This document shows, in pieces, positions 40,446 to 49,523 of a stretch of 64,000 nt of DNA. The notes below the pieces were generated by a model. That model saw nothing but the letters and a program-made list of their open reading frames with translations, was not told the origin of the DNA and did no database searches. Each line of letters begins with the position of its first letter. Position 1 is the first letter of the stretch. Source of the DNA: a plasmid. The stretch is taken from the sequence record AP025967.1; one strand, written 5' to 3'. A program made the position numbers and the translations under genes.

Positions 40446-40871
40446 ATGATATTAGATACAATTACTAAAATTATTACTATAGTTGGATTTTGTTTGGCAT
40501 TTTTTCAACTAAGAAATGTTATAAAAAATACCAAAGTTAATGTTTTAAAAACTGAATTTGATATTTTTGGTAAAATTTCAGAAAAAGAAAAAATATTTGT
40601 TGATTGTTATGAACAATCAATGTTATCAAGTGAAGAATCAAAAACTCAAGAATATTATAGTTTATATAAAAAAAGCAAAGAACAATATTTAAGTGAATTG
40701 AATTTAGTCTGTTTATATATATTAGAAGGATATTTTACTAGAAAACATTTTTTTCAAGAGTATGGATCAAAAATGTTTTCTATGTATGATGAAATAAAAG
40801 ATAAAGATTATACTAGCATTAATAAATTATGCAAAAAATATAGATGCGAATTATCTAAGTATAAAAAATAG
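40446..40871 (+). CDS. Hypothetical protein with N-terminal TM
   Basis: 141-aa ORF. Confidence 0.4.
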   Translation: MILDTITKIITIVGFCLAFFQLRNVIKNTKVNVLKTEFDIFGKISEKEKIFVDCYEQSMLSSEESKTQEYYSLYKKSKEQYLSELNLVCLYILEGYFTRKHFFQEYGSKMFSMYDEIKDKDYTSINKLCKKYRCELSKYKK

Positions 40872-40874
40872 ATT

Positions 40875-42668
40875 TTAATCAAATAAAGACTTTTGTAAAA
40901 GAAATTTATTGCTTTTGGTGTTTAATTGATTCATTGGATCACTACGCTTAATATACCTTTTTACCCTATTATTGCTTTGATAGATGAAAAACAAATCATT
41001 TTCATTTTTATATTGATTATAAAAAAACTCATCATCATAATTTGCAAATTCTACGCCTTTGCCATAAACATTAATTCCAAATTCTATAAGTTTATCTTTT
41101 AATTTAACAATCTCTTTCTTTTGTTTCGAAATAATAGAACTTTCTTTATAAAGTCTATAAGCTTTAATTTCACAAAACTCACTATAACTAAGAATTTTTT
41201 TATCAGGAAAACTTGTTAAAAATCTGATTAAATCCTGTGCGACTAAAGAATTTAAATCAATGAGTATTTTTGACAAGTCATCATCATAAGAAAGTGTAGA
41301 TTCTGTTTCAAGCCTTTTGATATATTCCCTACGAACTGTCAATACAAATACAGATACAATCACGCCATTTTCTTTTGTGATACGCTCTACAGAATCAAAC
41401 ATTAAAATCCCTTTATCTCTTTGTGTAATTGTTTTTTTATCTTTATCTTCTATATTTTGCGTAAAGGCTAAATCATATGCAAAACGAGAAATTTCTGTAA
41501 ATTTTTGTTTTAACCAAGAATAATTACTAGGAGCTTTATTAAGATATTGTTTTAAGAATTTATAAGGCTCTAATCTTACTTCCATATCCCAAAAATTTTC
41601 TTGATATTTTTTAATAACACTTGTATCTACATTTTTTTTGATATATAAAAATAGAGCATCTAAAATACTTCTATGTGTTTGCGTTAGCAAAGAATTTTTA
41701 AGAGTAATAGCATATGATGAACCATTTGCACCAAGCATTCCAAATTCTATTTTATTATCATTTTCTTTAAAGTACTTATAAAAATTAGAATCAGCAAGTT
41801 TTCGTGAGCTTAAATAAAAAACACCTCTATTTTCATTCATTGTTACATAACCTTCTGCTAAATCATTAACACTTACAGCAGAAATATCTTTTTTATTAAT
41901 AATTTCTAAAGTATGATTGTCAATATTTTCTACTTTTACATCTTTAATTAAAGGTTCATCAATACTAGAGTTCTGTAATACTTTAATTGTTTTTTGAAAC
42001 TCGCCAGCATTAATATTATTATTATCTTTTAACACTTCAAGTAAGCGATAAGTTGTAGAGCTTTTATCTTCTCCTTTTTGAAATGAGAGTTTATAAACAA
42101 GTCTAGGGGCATTTATAATTACAGAGCTACCCATAAGACTTTCGCCTTTTTTATCTAAGTGATGAAGTAATAAAATAGCTTGATTGTTTGATTTTGCTAC
42201 ATCTGTTAAAATATTAAAGAAATTTTGCACATCATTTTGATTATTTTGATCTTTAAAGCCCAAGATTGAGAAGAATGCACTAAAAGTATCAAGAACGATT
42301 AAATCACAATCTGCTAACTCATTAAGTTCTTCTTTTAAGCTATCCATAGGTTCTTTATCAATTTTTGGAAGTTCATTTGAAAACTCAAATTCTAAACTAT
42401 TAAAAGGATAAAAATTTTCTATATTTTTAATGCGTTCTAAAATTGCTTTGTTCTTATCTTCTATACTCCAAAAAAAAGGTTTTAAACCATCATTAATAGC
42501 ATTAGCACATACTTTTAAAGCTAAAAAAGATTTTCCTACTTCACTATTGCCACTTAATACAGCTACAGAACCTCTTTCTAGCTTAATAGTGTCTTCACAA
42601 ATTACAGAAACATTCTCATCGCTAAAAATTCCAAGTGTAATTGTATTAATAGTATTGCGTTTAGGCAT
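40875..42668 (-). CDS. repA: Plasmid replication protein with RecA-fold/AAA_25-type ATPase domain
   Basis: Walker A 'GNSEVGKS', Walker B-like 'ILLLHHLDKKG'; 597 aa; adjacent to the iteron array. Confidence 0.5.
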   Translation of the reverse strand: MPKRNTINTITLGIFSDENVSVICEDTIKLERGSVAVLSGNSEVGKSFLALKVCANAINDGLKPFFWSIEDKNKAILERIKNIENFYPFNSLEFEFSNELPKIDKEPMDSLKEELNELADCDLIVLDTFSAFFSILGFKDQNNQNDVQNFFNILTDVAKSNNQAILLLHHLDKKGESLMGSSVIINAPRLVYKLSFQKGEDKSSTTYRLLEVLKDNNNINAGEFQKTIKVLQNSSIDEPLIKDVKVENIDNHTLEIINKKDISAVSVNDLAEGYVTMNENRGVFYLSSRKLADSNFYKYFKENDNKIEFGMLGANGSSYAITLKNSLLTQTHRSILDALFLYIKKNVDTSVIKKYQENFWDMEVRLEPYKFLKQYLNKAPSNYSWLKQKFTEISRFAYDLAFTQNIEDKDKKTITQRDKGILMFDSVERITKENGVIVSVFVLTVRREYIKRLETESTLSYDDDLSKILIDLNSLVAQDLIRFLTSFPDKKILSYSEFCEIKAYRLYKESSIISKQKKEIVKLKDKLIEFGINVYGKGVEFANYDDEFFYNQYKNENDLFFIYQSNNRVKRYIKRSDPMNQLNTKSNKFLLQKSLFD

Positions 42669-42758
42669 TTTTAATCCTTTGCTACTTCTATAATTTCAAA
42701 TAGTTGTTTTATGATTTTAGAGTGTAATCTGCTTCTTTTTGCAGTCATTCTTGGCAAT

Positions 42759-42977
42759 TCAGGCATTTGCTAAAACCATTGGAATAATTGAAGTTGTTTT
42801 GTTTTCAATAATCCTTTTTTCTTCATTTGCAAGGCTTTCTAAATAAAGCTCTCCAGCTTCTTTTATATTAGCTAAAGCTTCTTCATAGGTATTTCCTTGC
42901 GACACGCAACCTTCAAGCTCTAGAATGCGTGCAAAATATCTATCTCGATCTTTTTCAATGATAATATTTAGCAACAT
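42759..42977 (-). CDS. hicB: HicB-family antitoxin-like protein
   Basis: 'FARILELEGCVSQGNTYEEALANIKEAGELYLE' is the classic HicB N-terminal domain. A short hicA-like remnant (MPELPRMTAKR..., 32 codons) follows at 42668-42763. Confidence 0.6.
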   Translation of the reverse strand: MLLNIIIEKDRDRYFARILELEGCVSQGNTYEEALANIKEAGELYLESLANEEKRIIENKTTSIIPMVLANA

Positions 42978-42991
42978 TTAATTCCTTACTA

Positions 42992-43508
42992 TTGACATAA
43001 ATAGAACAAACAATTAATTTACACCCCAAAAATTGATATAAATAGAATAGTTTAGTGCAAATTAACAACTTTTCATAAAGTAATTATAGTAAAATTATTA
43101 TATTTATGTCAATACTTATTATATCTATATAAAAAATTATTTTTTTGAAAAATACTAATTTCATCTAAAATATAAAATTGACATAAATAGAATAGTTTAG
43201 TGCAAATTAACAACTTTTCATAAAGTAATTATAGTAAAATTATTATATTTATGTCAATACTTATTATATCTATATAAAAAATTATTTTTTGAAAAATACT
43301 AATTTCATCTAAAATATAAAATTGACATAAATAGAATAGTTTATTATATTTATGTCAGCAAAATCAGCATACAATCACTCATAAGTTATTAAAAAATTGA
43401 CATAAATAGAATAGTTTTTGACATAAATAGAATAGTTTTTGACATTTTTTCGGAAACCCCATATGGAAAATAGGGACTTTAAAAGATACATTGACATAAA
43501 TAGAATAG
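42992..43508. repeat. Iteron array (candidate oriV): at least 7 direct copies of TTGACATAAATAGAATAG, including a tandemly duplicated 144-bp unit
   Basis: Copies at 42992 (variant), 43033 (variant), 43178, 43322, 43397, 43419 and 43491, plus a partial copy at 43439. Units 43033-43177 and 43178-43321 are near identical. Confidence 0.65.
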
Positions 43509-43654
43509 TTACTAAATTCTTAAATTTATTAAATTTATAATATATTAAAAGGTAAATCAAAAATTAAAATTTTTGAACTTTTATATAAAATTATAAAATA
43601 TAATTTTGAATAACTCCAAAAAGAAGTTATAATTTAAAAAATTATTTTGGACTG

Positions 43655-43837
43655 ATGATGAAATTTAAGAATTTTATTAAGTATTTAAATTATAAGAAAC
43701 TTAGAAATATAGAGAAATTGTATTTTGATTTAATAGTTATGATTATTTTAAGTTCTGTAAGTTTTTTATTCCTTGCTTTTAAATTTTTAATTTGTAAAGA
43801 CATTCTAATATTTTTACAAAATTATTTGGAAAAATAA
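43655..43837 (+). CDS. Small TM protein upstream of the kinase gene
   Basis: 60 aa, one hydrophobic helix; ends 12 bp before the kinase start. Confidence 0.3.
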   Translation: MMKFKNFIKYLNYKKLRNIEKLYFDLIVMIILSSVSFLFLAFKFLICKDILIFLQNYLEK

Positions 43838-43848
43838 GTTAAATATTA

Positions 43849-44985
43849 ATGGATCCTATAGTAAATAACCATTTGATTAATGCTTATAAAGATTTAGAAT
43901 CATCGTTATCACAAGCTTATACAGATTTGTATTTTTGTTTTGAAAATGGAAAATTGAAATTAGTTCTTTCAACTTTACATAATAACATCATAGAATGTTT
44001 TAAAAAGATGAATAGTCGTCTTCCATCTACTGAAAATAGTAATAATCATTATTGGGCTGATGACAGTAGAAAATTAAAATTCAATATAGAATTAGCTTTA
44101 TATTTGCAAAAAGAATTTAAAGATAGTGAATTATCTTTTTGGATAGATGAATATTATTATAATGTTTTTAAACAATGTTTAAATTTTTTAAAAAGTAGTG
44201 AAGGTAGTGAAATACCACTGGGAATGCAAAAAATAACTATTTATGAAGCAATTCCTATATTTGTTAAATTGAATTCTATTAGCAATCCAGAAGTAAATAA
44301 AAATTATTCTTTAGATTTGATTGGTGATGGGTCTTATGCAAAAGTGTATAAATATTATGATGAATTTTATAAACATTATTTTGCTTTAAAAAAATTAAAC
44401 AAAAAAGTTAATGATAAAGAAATTCAAAGATTTATTAAAGAATTTAATATAATGAAACAGATAAATAATCCATATATTTTAAAAGTATATTCTTTAGATG
44501 AGAATAAAAAAGAATATATTCATAAAAATAATTCAAAACTTTCATCCGATGAAAGAATTAGTTTAGGTATTCAAATAATAAAAGGTATTAAAACTTTATG
44601 GAATAAAAATATATTACATAGAGATATAAGTCTTAAAAATATTTTGATAAAACAATATGATGATATTGTAGTAATAAAAATTTCTGATTTTGGTCTTGTA
44701 AAAGAATTAAATAGCGAGTTAACAAGTGAAAATACAGAAATAAAAGGAAGTTTAAATGAAATTTCAAGATTGCAGAAAAAAGGGTTTAATAATTATGATA
44801 AGAGTGATGAAATCTATGCTTTAAGTAGAGTTTTATATTTTATAGCTACAGGCAGAACAAATTTGATAAATACTAAATGCGACTTTTTAGAAAAAGGAAT
44901 TAATGATAATGTAAAAAATAGATATAATAATTTAGATGATTTAATGAGAGATTTTAAGCATTATATAAAGAAAATATATAATTAA
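43849..44985 (+). CDS. Hanks-type Ser/Thr protein kinase with ~150-aa N-terminal domain of unknown function
   Basis: Gly-loop GDGSYAKVY, catalytic Lys in FALKKL, catalytic loop HRDISLKNILI, DFGL. Confidence 0.65.
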   Translation: MDPIVNNHLINAYKDLESSLSQAYTDLYFCFENGKLKLVLSTLHNNIIECFKKMNSRLPSTENSNNHYWADDSRKLKFNIELALYLQKEFKDSELSFWIDEYYYNVFKQCLNFLKSSEGSEIPLGMQKITIYEAIPIFVKLNSISNPEVNKNYSLDLIGDGSYAKVYKYYDEFYKHYFALKKLNKKVNDKEIQRFIKEFNIMKQINNPYILKVYSLDENKKEYIHKNNSKLSSDERISLGIQIIKGIKTLWNKNILHRDISLKNILIKQYDDIVVIKISDFGLVKELNSELTSENTEIKGSLNEISRLQKKGFNNYDKSDEIYALSRVLYFIATGRTNLINTKCDFLEKGINDNVKNRYNNLDDLMRDFKHYIKKIYN

Positions 44986-45134
44986 TGTATATTATTAATT
45001 ACTAAAAATAACTATTATATATTAATATTTATTTATATATAATACAGACATTTTTATAGATAAATTTATTAATATTGCTTTAAAATCATTAGTTTTATAA
45101 TACTAAATTAAAACTTATTTTCGAAAGGAATAAA

Positions 45135-45344
45135 ATGGCAAGAGATAAAAGTAAAGATGATAATCTTTTTAATTGCTCCCAAGATTATGAACACGATCAT
45201 GTGGTAAGACAATATCCGAAAGAATACCAGGACAAAATTCGTGATTTTTTAAAGAAAGCGTGTCAAAATAAAAAAATATATCATAGTAAGCATAAGGAAG
45301 TTTATGATCTTATCGAAAAAGAATTAGGGTACTTTACTGATTGA
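45135..45344 (+). CDS. Small hypothetical protein
   Basis: 69-aa ORF with its own AGGA-like RBS. Confidence 0.35.
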   Translation: MARDKSKDDNLFNCSQDYEHDHVVRQYPKEYQDKIRDFLKKACQNKKIYHSKHKEVYDLIEKELGYFTD

Positions 45345-45429
45345 CCAAATAATATATTTTCAAAAATATTTAAGAAATTATGAGTATATTGAGTAATTTG
45401 TAGACATTTTAACCCCTTTTATAAGGGCT

Positions 45430-45500
45430 AAAAATCTAAACAGAACTTATTACATCAACAATTTGTTGTATGCTTTCGCCTAGAGTTTGAAAAAGATCTA
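45430..45500 (-). pseudogene. Truncated copy of the virB6 5' end (MNLDLFQTLGESIQQIVD...)
   Basis: Identical to 32716-32773 for ~58 bp, then diverges into a stop. Confidence 0.6.
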
Positions 45501-45503
45501 AAT

Positions 45504-45767
45504 TCATTTGTTGTTCTTAAAAAATTCCATAGCACTTTCTCGTGGCTTTTGTAACGACTTAGAATAGTTTGCCTTATAAGCATTTGCACATTCTGTATCA
45601 GTTTGTGCAGAATTGGCATTTTTATCACATTCTTTGATTTTAGCTTCTAATTCTGTAGCATTTTTTGGATCTTCGTAATATTGCACTGTTTTTGGCTCTG
45701 AAGAGCAAGCAGAAAAAACACCAGTAATAACTGCACCTAATAAAGCTAGTTTGATTGTATTTTTCAT
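45504..45767 (-). CDS. Lipoprotein whose C-terminal 19 aa derive from virB5
   Basis: Lipobox GVFSAC. The 3' end plus downstream ~135 bp duplicate 32700-32840. Confidence 0.5.
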   Translation of the reverse strand: MKNTIKLALLGAVITGVFSACSSEPKTVQYYEDPKNATELEAKIKECDKNANSAQTDTECANAYKANYSKSLQKPRESAMEFFKNNK

Positions 45768-45881
45768 TTTTAATCCTTTTTTTGTATATTTATAGTAATT
45801 ATAATATACTATTATTAACTAATAATATATAAAAAATATTTTTTATATATTATTATATATTATGATTACAAAGAGTAACTA

Positions 45882-47114
45882 TTATTGTCTAGTTATCTCT
45901 TTTTCAGGTTGTGTTTTTTCCATAGATTTAAAAGCTTTAAGTTTATTATGAAAATCAATGAAATTTAATTGTTTTTTGACTTCATCAAGCCCTTTATTTA
46001 AAAAAATGTCATTGAAATCACTTATTCCTTGTTCTGCTTCTTGATTGCTGATTTTTGGAATAATAACTTTAATATCTGAAAATTTTTGTTGAATTTCTTT
46101 TGCAGTTTCCACCCCGACATTAGAAAGACCTTTTAATTCTCTTTTTTTATCATTATCGGCTATTAAGGTAATAGGAGTGTTTTGAAATTTGTTTTTAGGG
46201 TTTCAACGATTTTTGATAAGTTTCCAGCATCTATACCCATTATTACAGGCTTATTGAGTGCTTTGTATATAGTTGCAGCAGTAGCAAAGCCTTCTGCTAT
46301 GATAAATTCTTTGCAATATTCTAGGTTTTTTGCACCTATTAGGTGAAAACATCCAGATTTTTTTGCAGAATATTCAATGCCTTGCTCTTTTTCTTCTTTA
46401 GTTTTAATTACACCAATAATTTTATCACCATTTGGGAATATTCTTTGCACAGACCATAATTTGCCATTTTCATCTTTTAAGGGAATAAGTAAAGAACCTT
46501 TGTTATCCTGCTTAAGATAAAAGTTTTCACTAAAACCTTTTTTCTTTAAATAAGGATGATTTGAATGAGCCCAATTAGCTTGATTATATTCTTCTTCAAT
46601 TTTTAATGCTGTTTTTTGCTGAAGCTCTAAAATGTCTTGTTTCGTATTATTGCTTGTAGAATTATGTAATCTTTTTTGACTAGGAGTTTGATAACTTACA
46701 ATGTTTTGTTTTGCATTTTCTAAAGGCATTTTCCAATTTTCTTTAATACCTGTTTTAAAATTTTGAATAAAACCAGCAGGGTATTCATCTAAAAATCCAC
46801 TATAAGCTCCACTCATTTCTCTGCCTTTATCTGTTGTTGTTTTTACTCTGTGGATTTTGCCATCCATGATAGGTGAACCATCAATAATTAAACCTTGATT
46901 TTCTAAAGCAGATTTAAAAGTAGTTAAAACTTCATTTTCATCAAATGAAAAATTCTTTATTTTGGTGCGGATAAAACCATTGTGAGAAAATATTTTTATC
47001 TAAGCTTTTTGGAGCAAACCATTTTTTTTCTTTATCATCCCACATTGCCCCTAATGATTTTACTTTTTCTTTGTCTTTAAATGGAACATAAAGATAAATT
47101 CTTTTTTGTGGCAT
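45882..47114 (-). pseudogene. TOPRIM DNA primase, copy B, multiply frameshifted
   Basis: Near-identical to 7804-9034. Differs by 1-nt changes in poly-T/poly-A runs at ~46195, ~46327, ~46362 and ~46950. Confidence 0.55.
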
Positions 47115-47195
47115 CGTATATCCTTTTAGTTTCCTTTAATGTTTTTTTGGTATAATTCCAAATGAAATTCGAGGGACTCCTTGTGTCCCACCTTT

Positions 47196-47854
47196 CTAAT
47201 CTTGGCAATATTTCAAAATTCTTTCATCAAATGTTTTAATTAAATCATCTAAAAATAGTTCTATCTTTTGTGGATTGATGCCTATATAGACATTTTCAAT
47301 CTTTGTTGTTAATCTTGGATAATGTTTGCCATTTTTTTCTGTAGTTTTTAAAATATTTTCCCAATGATAACTTCTATTTCTTAGATTTTGTAATAAGCTA
47401 AGAACTATATCCACTTTATATATATTTCCAAAGTTTCTTTTTTTACCATTTTTTAAAAAGAAATTTCTATTATATTGATTGTAATTTCTAAAATTGATAT
47501 TTTTTAAATTCATTATAGAATCTTGCATTCTATTTTCTTTAATAAGATAAATAATCGTTCCTAAGCTTATACGAGAAAGATATTGATGGTGAGATAAAAT
47601 TCTATTTTTTCTCTCTTTTCAATTTCATCTTTGGCTTTTTTAATATTTTCATCATTAGAATTTTTTATCCAATTACTATCTTGTTCTGATAATTTATTAT
47701 CAAGTTTATTTCTAAGAATAATTTCTAATGTAGCAATTTTTGGAGTGATTTTTCCTACAAGTTTAAGATTATCATAGTGCTTGACAATATTATTATCGTA
47801 AGAAGATAATCTCATTTGAGAAAACAGATCATTAAAATTTGTTAGATTATTCAT
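47196..47854 (-). pseudogene. Abi_2 abortive-infection gene, copy B, frameshifted
   Basis: Two ORFs (47567-47854 and 47196-47528) together equal 9116-9775. The frame break is a poly-T run one base shorter than in copy A. Confidence 0.5.
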
Positions 47855-47916
47855 TTTTTACCTTGATCGAGAATATGTTTTTTCGTTGCTAATTTCTCTA
47901 TCTGGTAAAATTTTAT

Positions 47917-48468
47917 TTAGTTTTTTTTGAAAAATTCATTCATTTTTTCTTTAAAAAATGAACTTTTATTAATTTGCTTTTTTTCAAATTTTTCTCTAGT
48001 TTCAGAATAAGAATTTGCAAATTCTAATATCATTACACCAACATCTTTATTGGCTACTTCTGATAAATTTTTTATTGCTTTAAAAGTTCCATCTAACATT
48101 TCATCATATATTTTTGGTTTATAAATTCCAAGTCGATTATTAAGATCTTTTTTTATTTCAGGGTTTATATTTTCTTTAATTAATTTGGAACTACCAATAT
48201 TAATTAAATGTTCAATACCTTTTTGAAAATTTTTATCTCCAAGTCTTATATTTAATGGTATTTTTTCTTTATCAGTAATGATATCAAATTTAATATATTG
48301 ATTTGAAAAATCTTTTTTTAGTAAGCTTTCTGCAACATCAAAAGTTTTTATTGTATTAAAAAATTTATTTACATCTTCACCTTCATAAGTTCCTTCTTGT
48401 ATAGCTTCTTTATATTGCTCATTAAGTTCACTTACATCTGTTACTTTTATTTTGTAATCTTTTTCCAT
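47917..48468 (-). CDS. Hypothetical protein (183 aa)
   Basis: ORF. Confidence 0.45.
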   Translation of the reverse strand: MEKDYKIKVTDVSELNEQYKEAIQEGTYEGEDVNKFFNTIKTFDVAESLLKKDFSNQYIKFDIITDKEKIPLNIRLGDKNFQKGIEHLINIGSSKLIKENINPEIKKDLNNRLGIYKPKIYDEMLDGTFKAIKNLSEVANKDVGVMILEFANSYSETREKFEKKQINKSSFFKEKMNEFFKKN

Positions 48469-48496
48469 TTTTATTCTCCTATGATAAATTTTTGTT

Positions 48497-48778
48497 TTAT
48501 TGTTTTTTTGCAGTATCTATTTTATCGTTTCTATGATTAAAATCATATAAGTTATTTATTTTATCTAAGATATTTTTAGTGTTTTTACAATCAAACTTTT
48601 CTACCAATAAATTAAATTCATTTTTAAAATCTTCATTTATTTCAAAATCTTTAAATAGTGCTGATGAAAATTTTTTATATATACGCTCTTTATTTTCTTT
48701 TTCTTTTTGGCGTAATTTTTTTAATTTTTCATCATACTCACGCTTTAATTCTTCTATCAATTTGCTTTCTTTAAACAT
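48497..48778 (-). CDS. Hypothetical protein (93 aa), K/E-rich
   Basis: ORF. Confidence 0.4.
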   Translation of the reverse strand: MFKESKLIEELKREYDEKLKKLRQKEKENKERIYKKFSSALFKDFEINEDFKNEFNLLVEKFDCKNTKNILDKINNLYDFNHRNDKIDTAKKQ

Positions 48779-48894
48779 AACATCTCCTTTATAATATTTA
48801 TGTAAATGTATTATTACAAAGTAGTCTTAATATTTTATAAAGCTTAATAATGTAGAATAGCGATTAATCGAAATAATTTAATAATTGCAGGATA

Positions 48895-48938
48895 GCCTTT
48901 TATTTCCTAAAAAGTTACCTTTTTAAAAAATAAAAGGC
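48895..48938. promoter_or_regulatory. Candidate oriT: nested inverted repeats (GCCTTTTATTT ... AAATAAAAGGC) upstream of the mobilisation genes
   Basis: 11-bp perfect inverted repeat with an inner TAAAAAG/CTTTTTA palindrome. Lies 30 bp upstream of the MobC-like gene. Confidence 0.4.
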
Positions 48939-48965
48939 AAAAACTCTGCGAGGCTCATTAAGGAA

Positions 48966-49523
48966 GTGCAAATGAATAAAAACAATAATTGCGTCATAAA
49001 AGTTAGCAAAGATGATAAAATAATTTTAGAATATATAAAATCAGAAACAAATGCATCATATAGTAAAATAATATCTATTTTATTAAAAAAGTTTAATTCT
49101 TGTGATGCAGATGAGAAGAATAAAATCAATAATGAGATATCTAAAAATAAATTTTATACAAGTGATGAAAATAAAATAATCAAACTAAAACTTACAGAAA
49201 ATGAAGTAAATATTTTAAAAGAAATCTCTAAAAATACAGGATTTTCAAGTATTACAAAACAAGCAAAATTTTTGCTATTAAACTCCATAAAAAATGAAAA
49301 ACTTTTTACTAATATAGAAATAGATAAGTTTATAAAAACAAGAACAGAAATCAATGCAATAGGTAAAAATATATATCAATTATTGAAGATTCTTAGAAGT
49401 GGAAATTCTGTCAAAATAAATGAAAATAATTTAAATAAAACTATGGATAATATTAGAGATAAAATTGATATATTATCCGATCAGCTTGGGGCTATAATAG
49501 AAAAAAATAATGAAAGAATTTAA
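48966..49523 (+). CDS. Relaxosome accessory protein (MobC/TraJ-like)
   Basis: 185-aa ORF immediately upstream of, and translationally coupled to, the relaxase. Confidence 0.4.
   Translation: MQMNKNNNCVIKVSKDDKIILEYIKSETNASYSKIISILLKKFNSCDADEKNKINNEISKNKFYTSDENKIIKLKLTENEVNILKEISKNTGFSSITKQAKFLLLNSIKNEKLFTNIEIDKFIKTRTEINAIGKNIYQLLKILRSGNSVKINENNLNKTMDNIRDKIDILSDQLGAIIEKNNERI

Noticed and set aside
42668-42763. 32-codon ORF (MPELPRMTAKR...) after hicB, considered as a HicA toxin
   Set aside because: It is only about half the length of HicA, has no clear dsRBD-like motif, and runs directly into the rep start. At best it is a decayed remnant, so it is noted in the evidence but not called.
42992-43508. 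Repeat array considered as a CRISPR array
   Set aside because: The repeats are 18-bp AT-rich iterons with irregular spacing. The intervening segments are themselves duplicated (144-bp identical units), not unique spacers. There are no cas genes. Iterons of an origin are the better explanation.
43375-43560. 61-aa ORF inside the iteron array
   Set aside because: It lies within highly repetitive AT-rich origin DNA and its translation (MIYLLIYYKFNKF...) is a low-complexity artefact.
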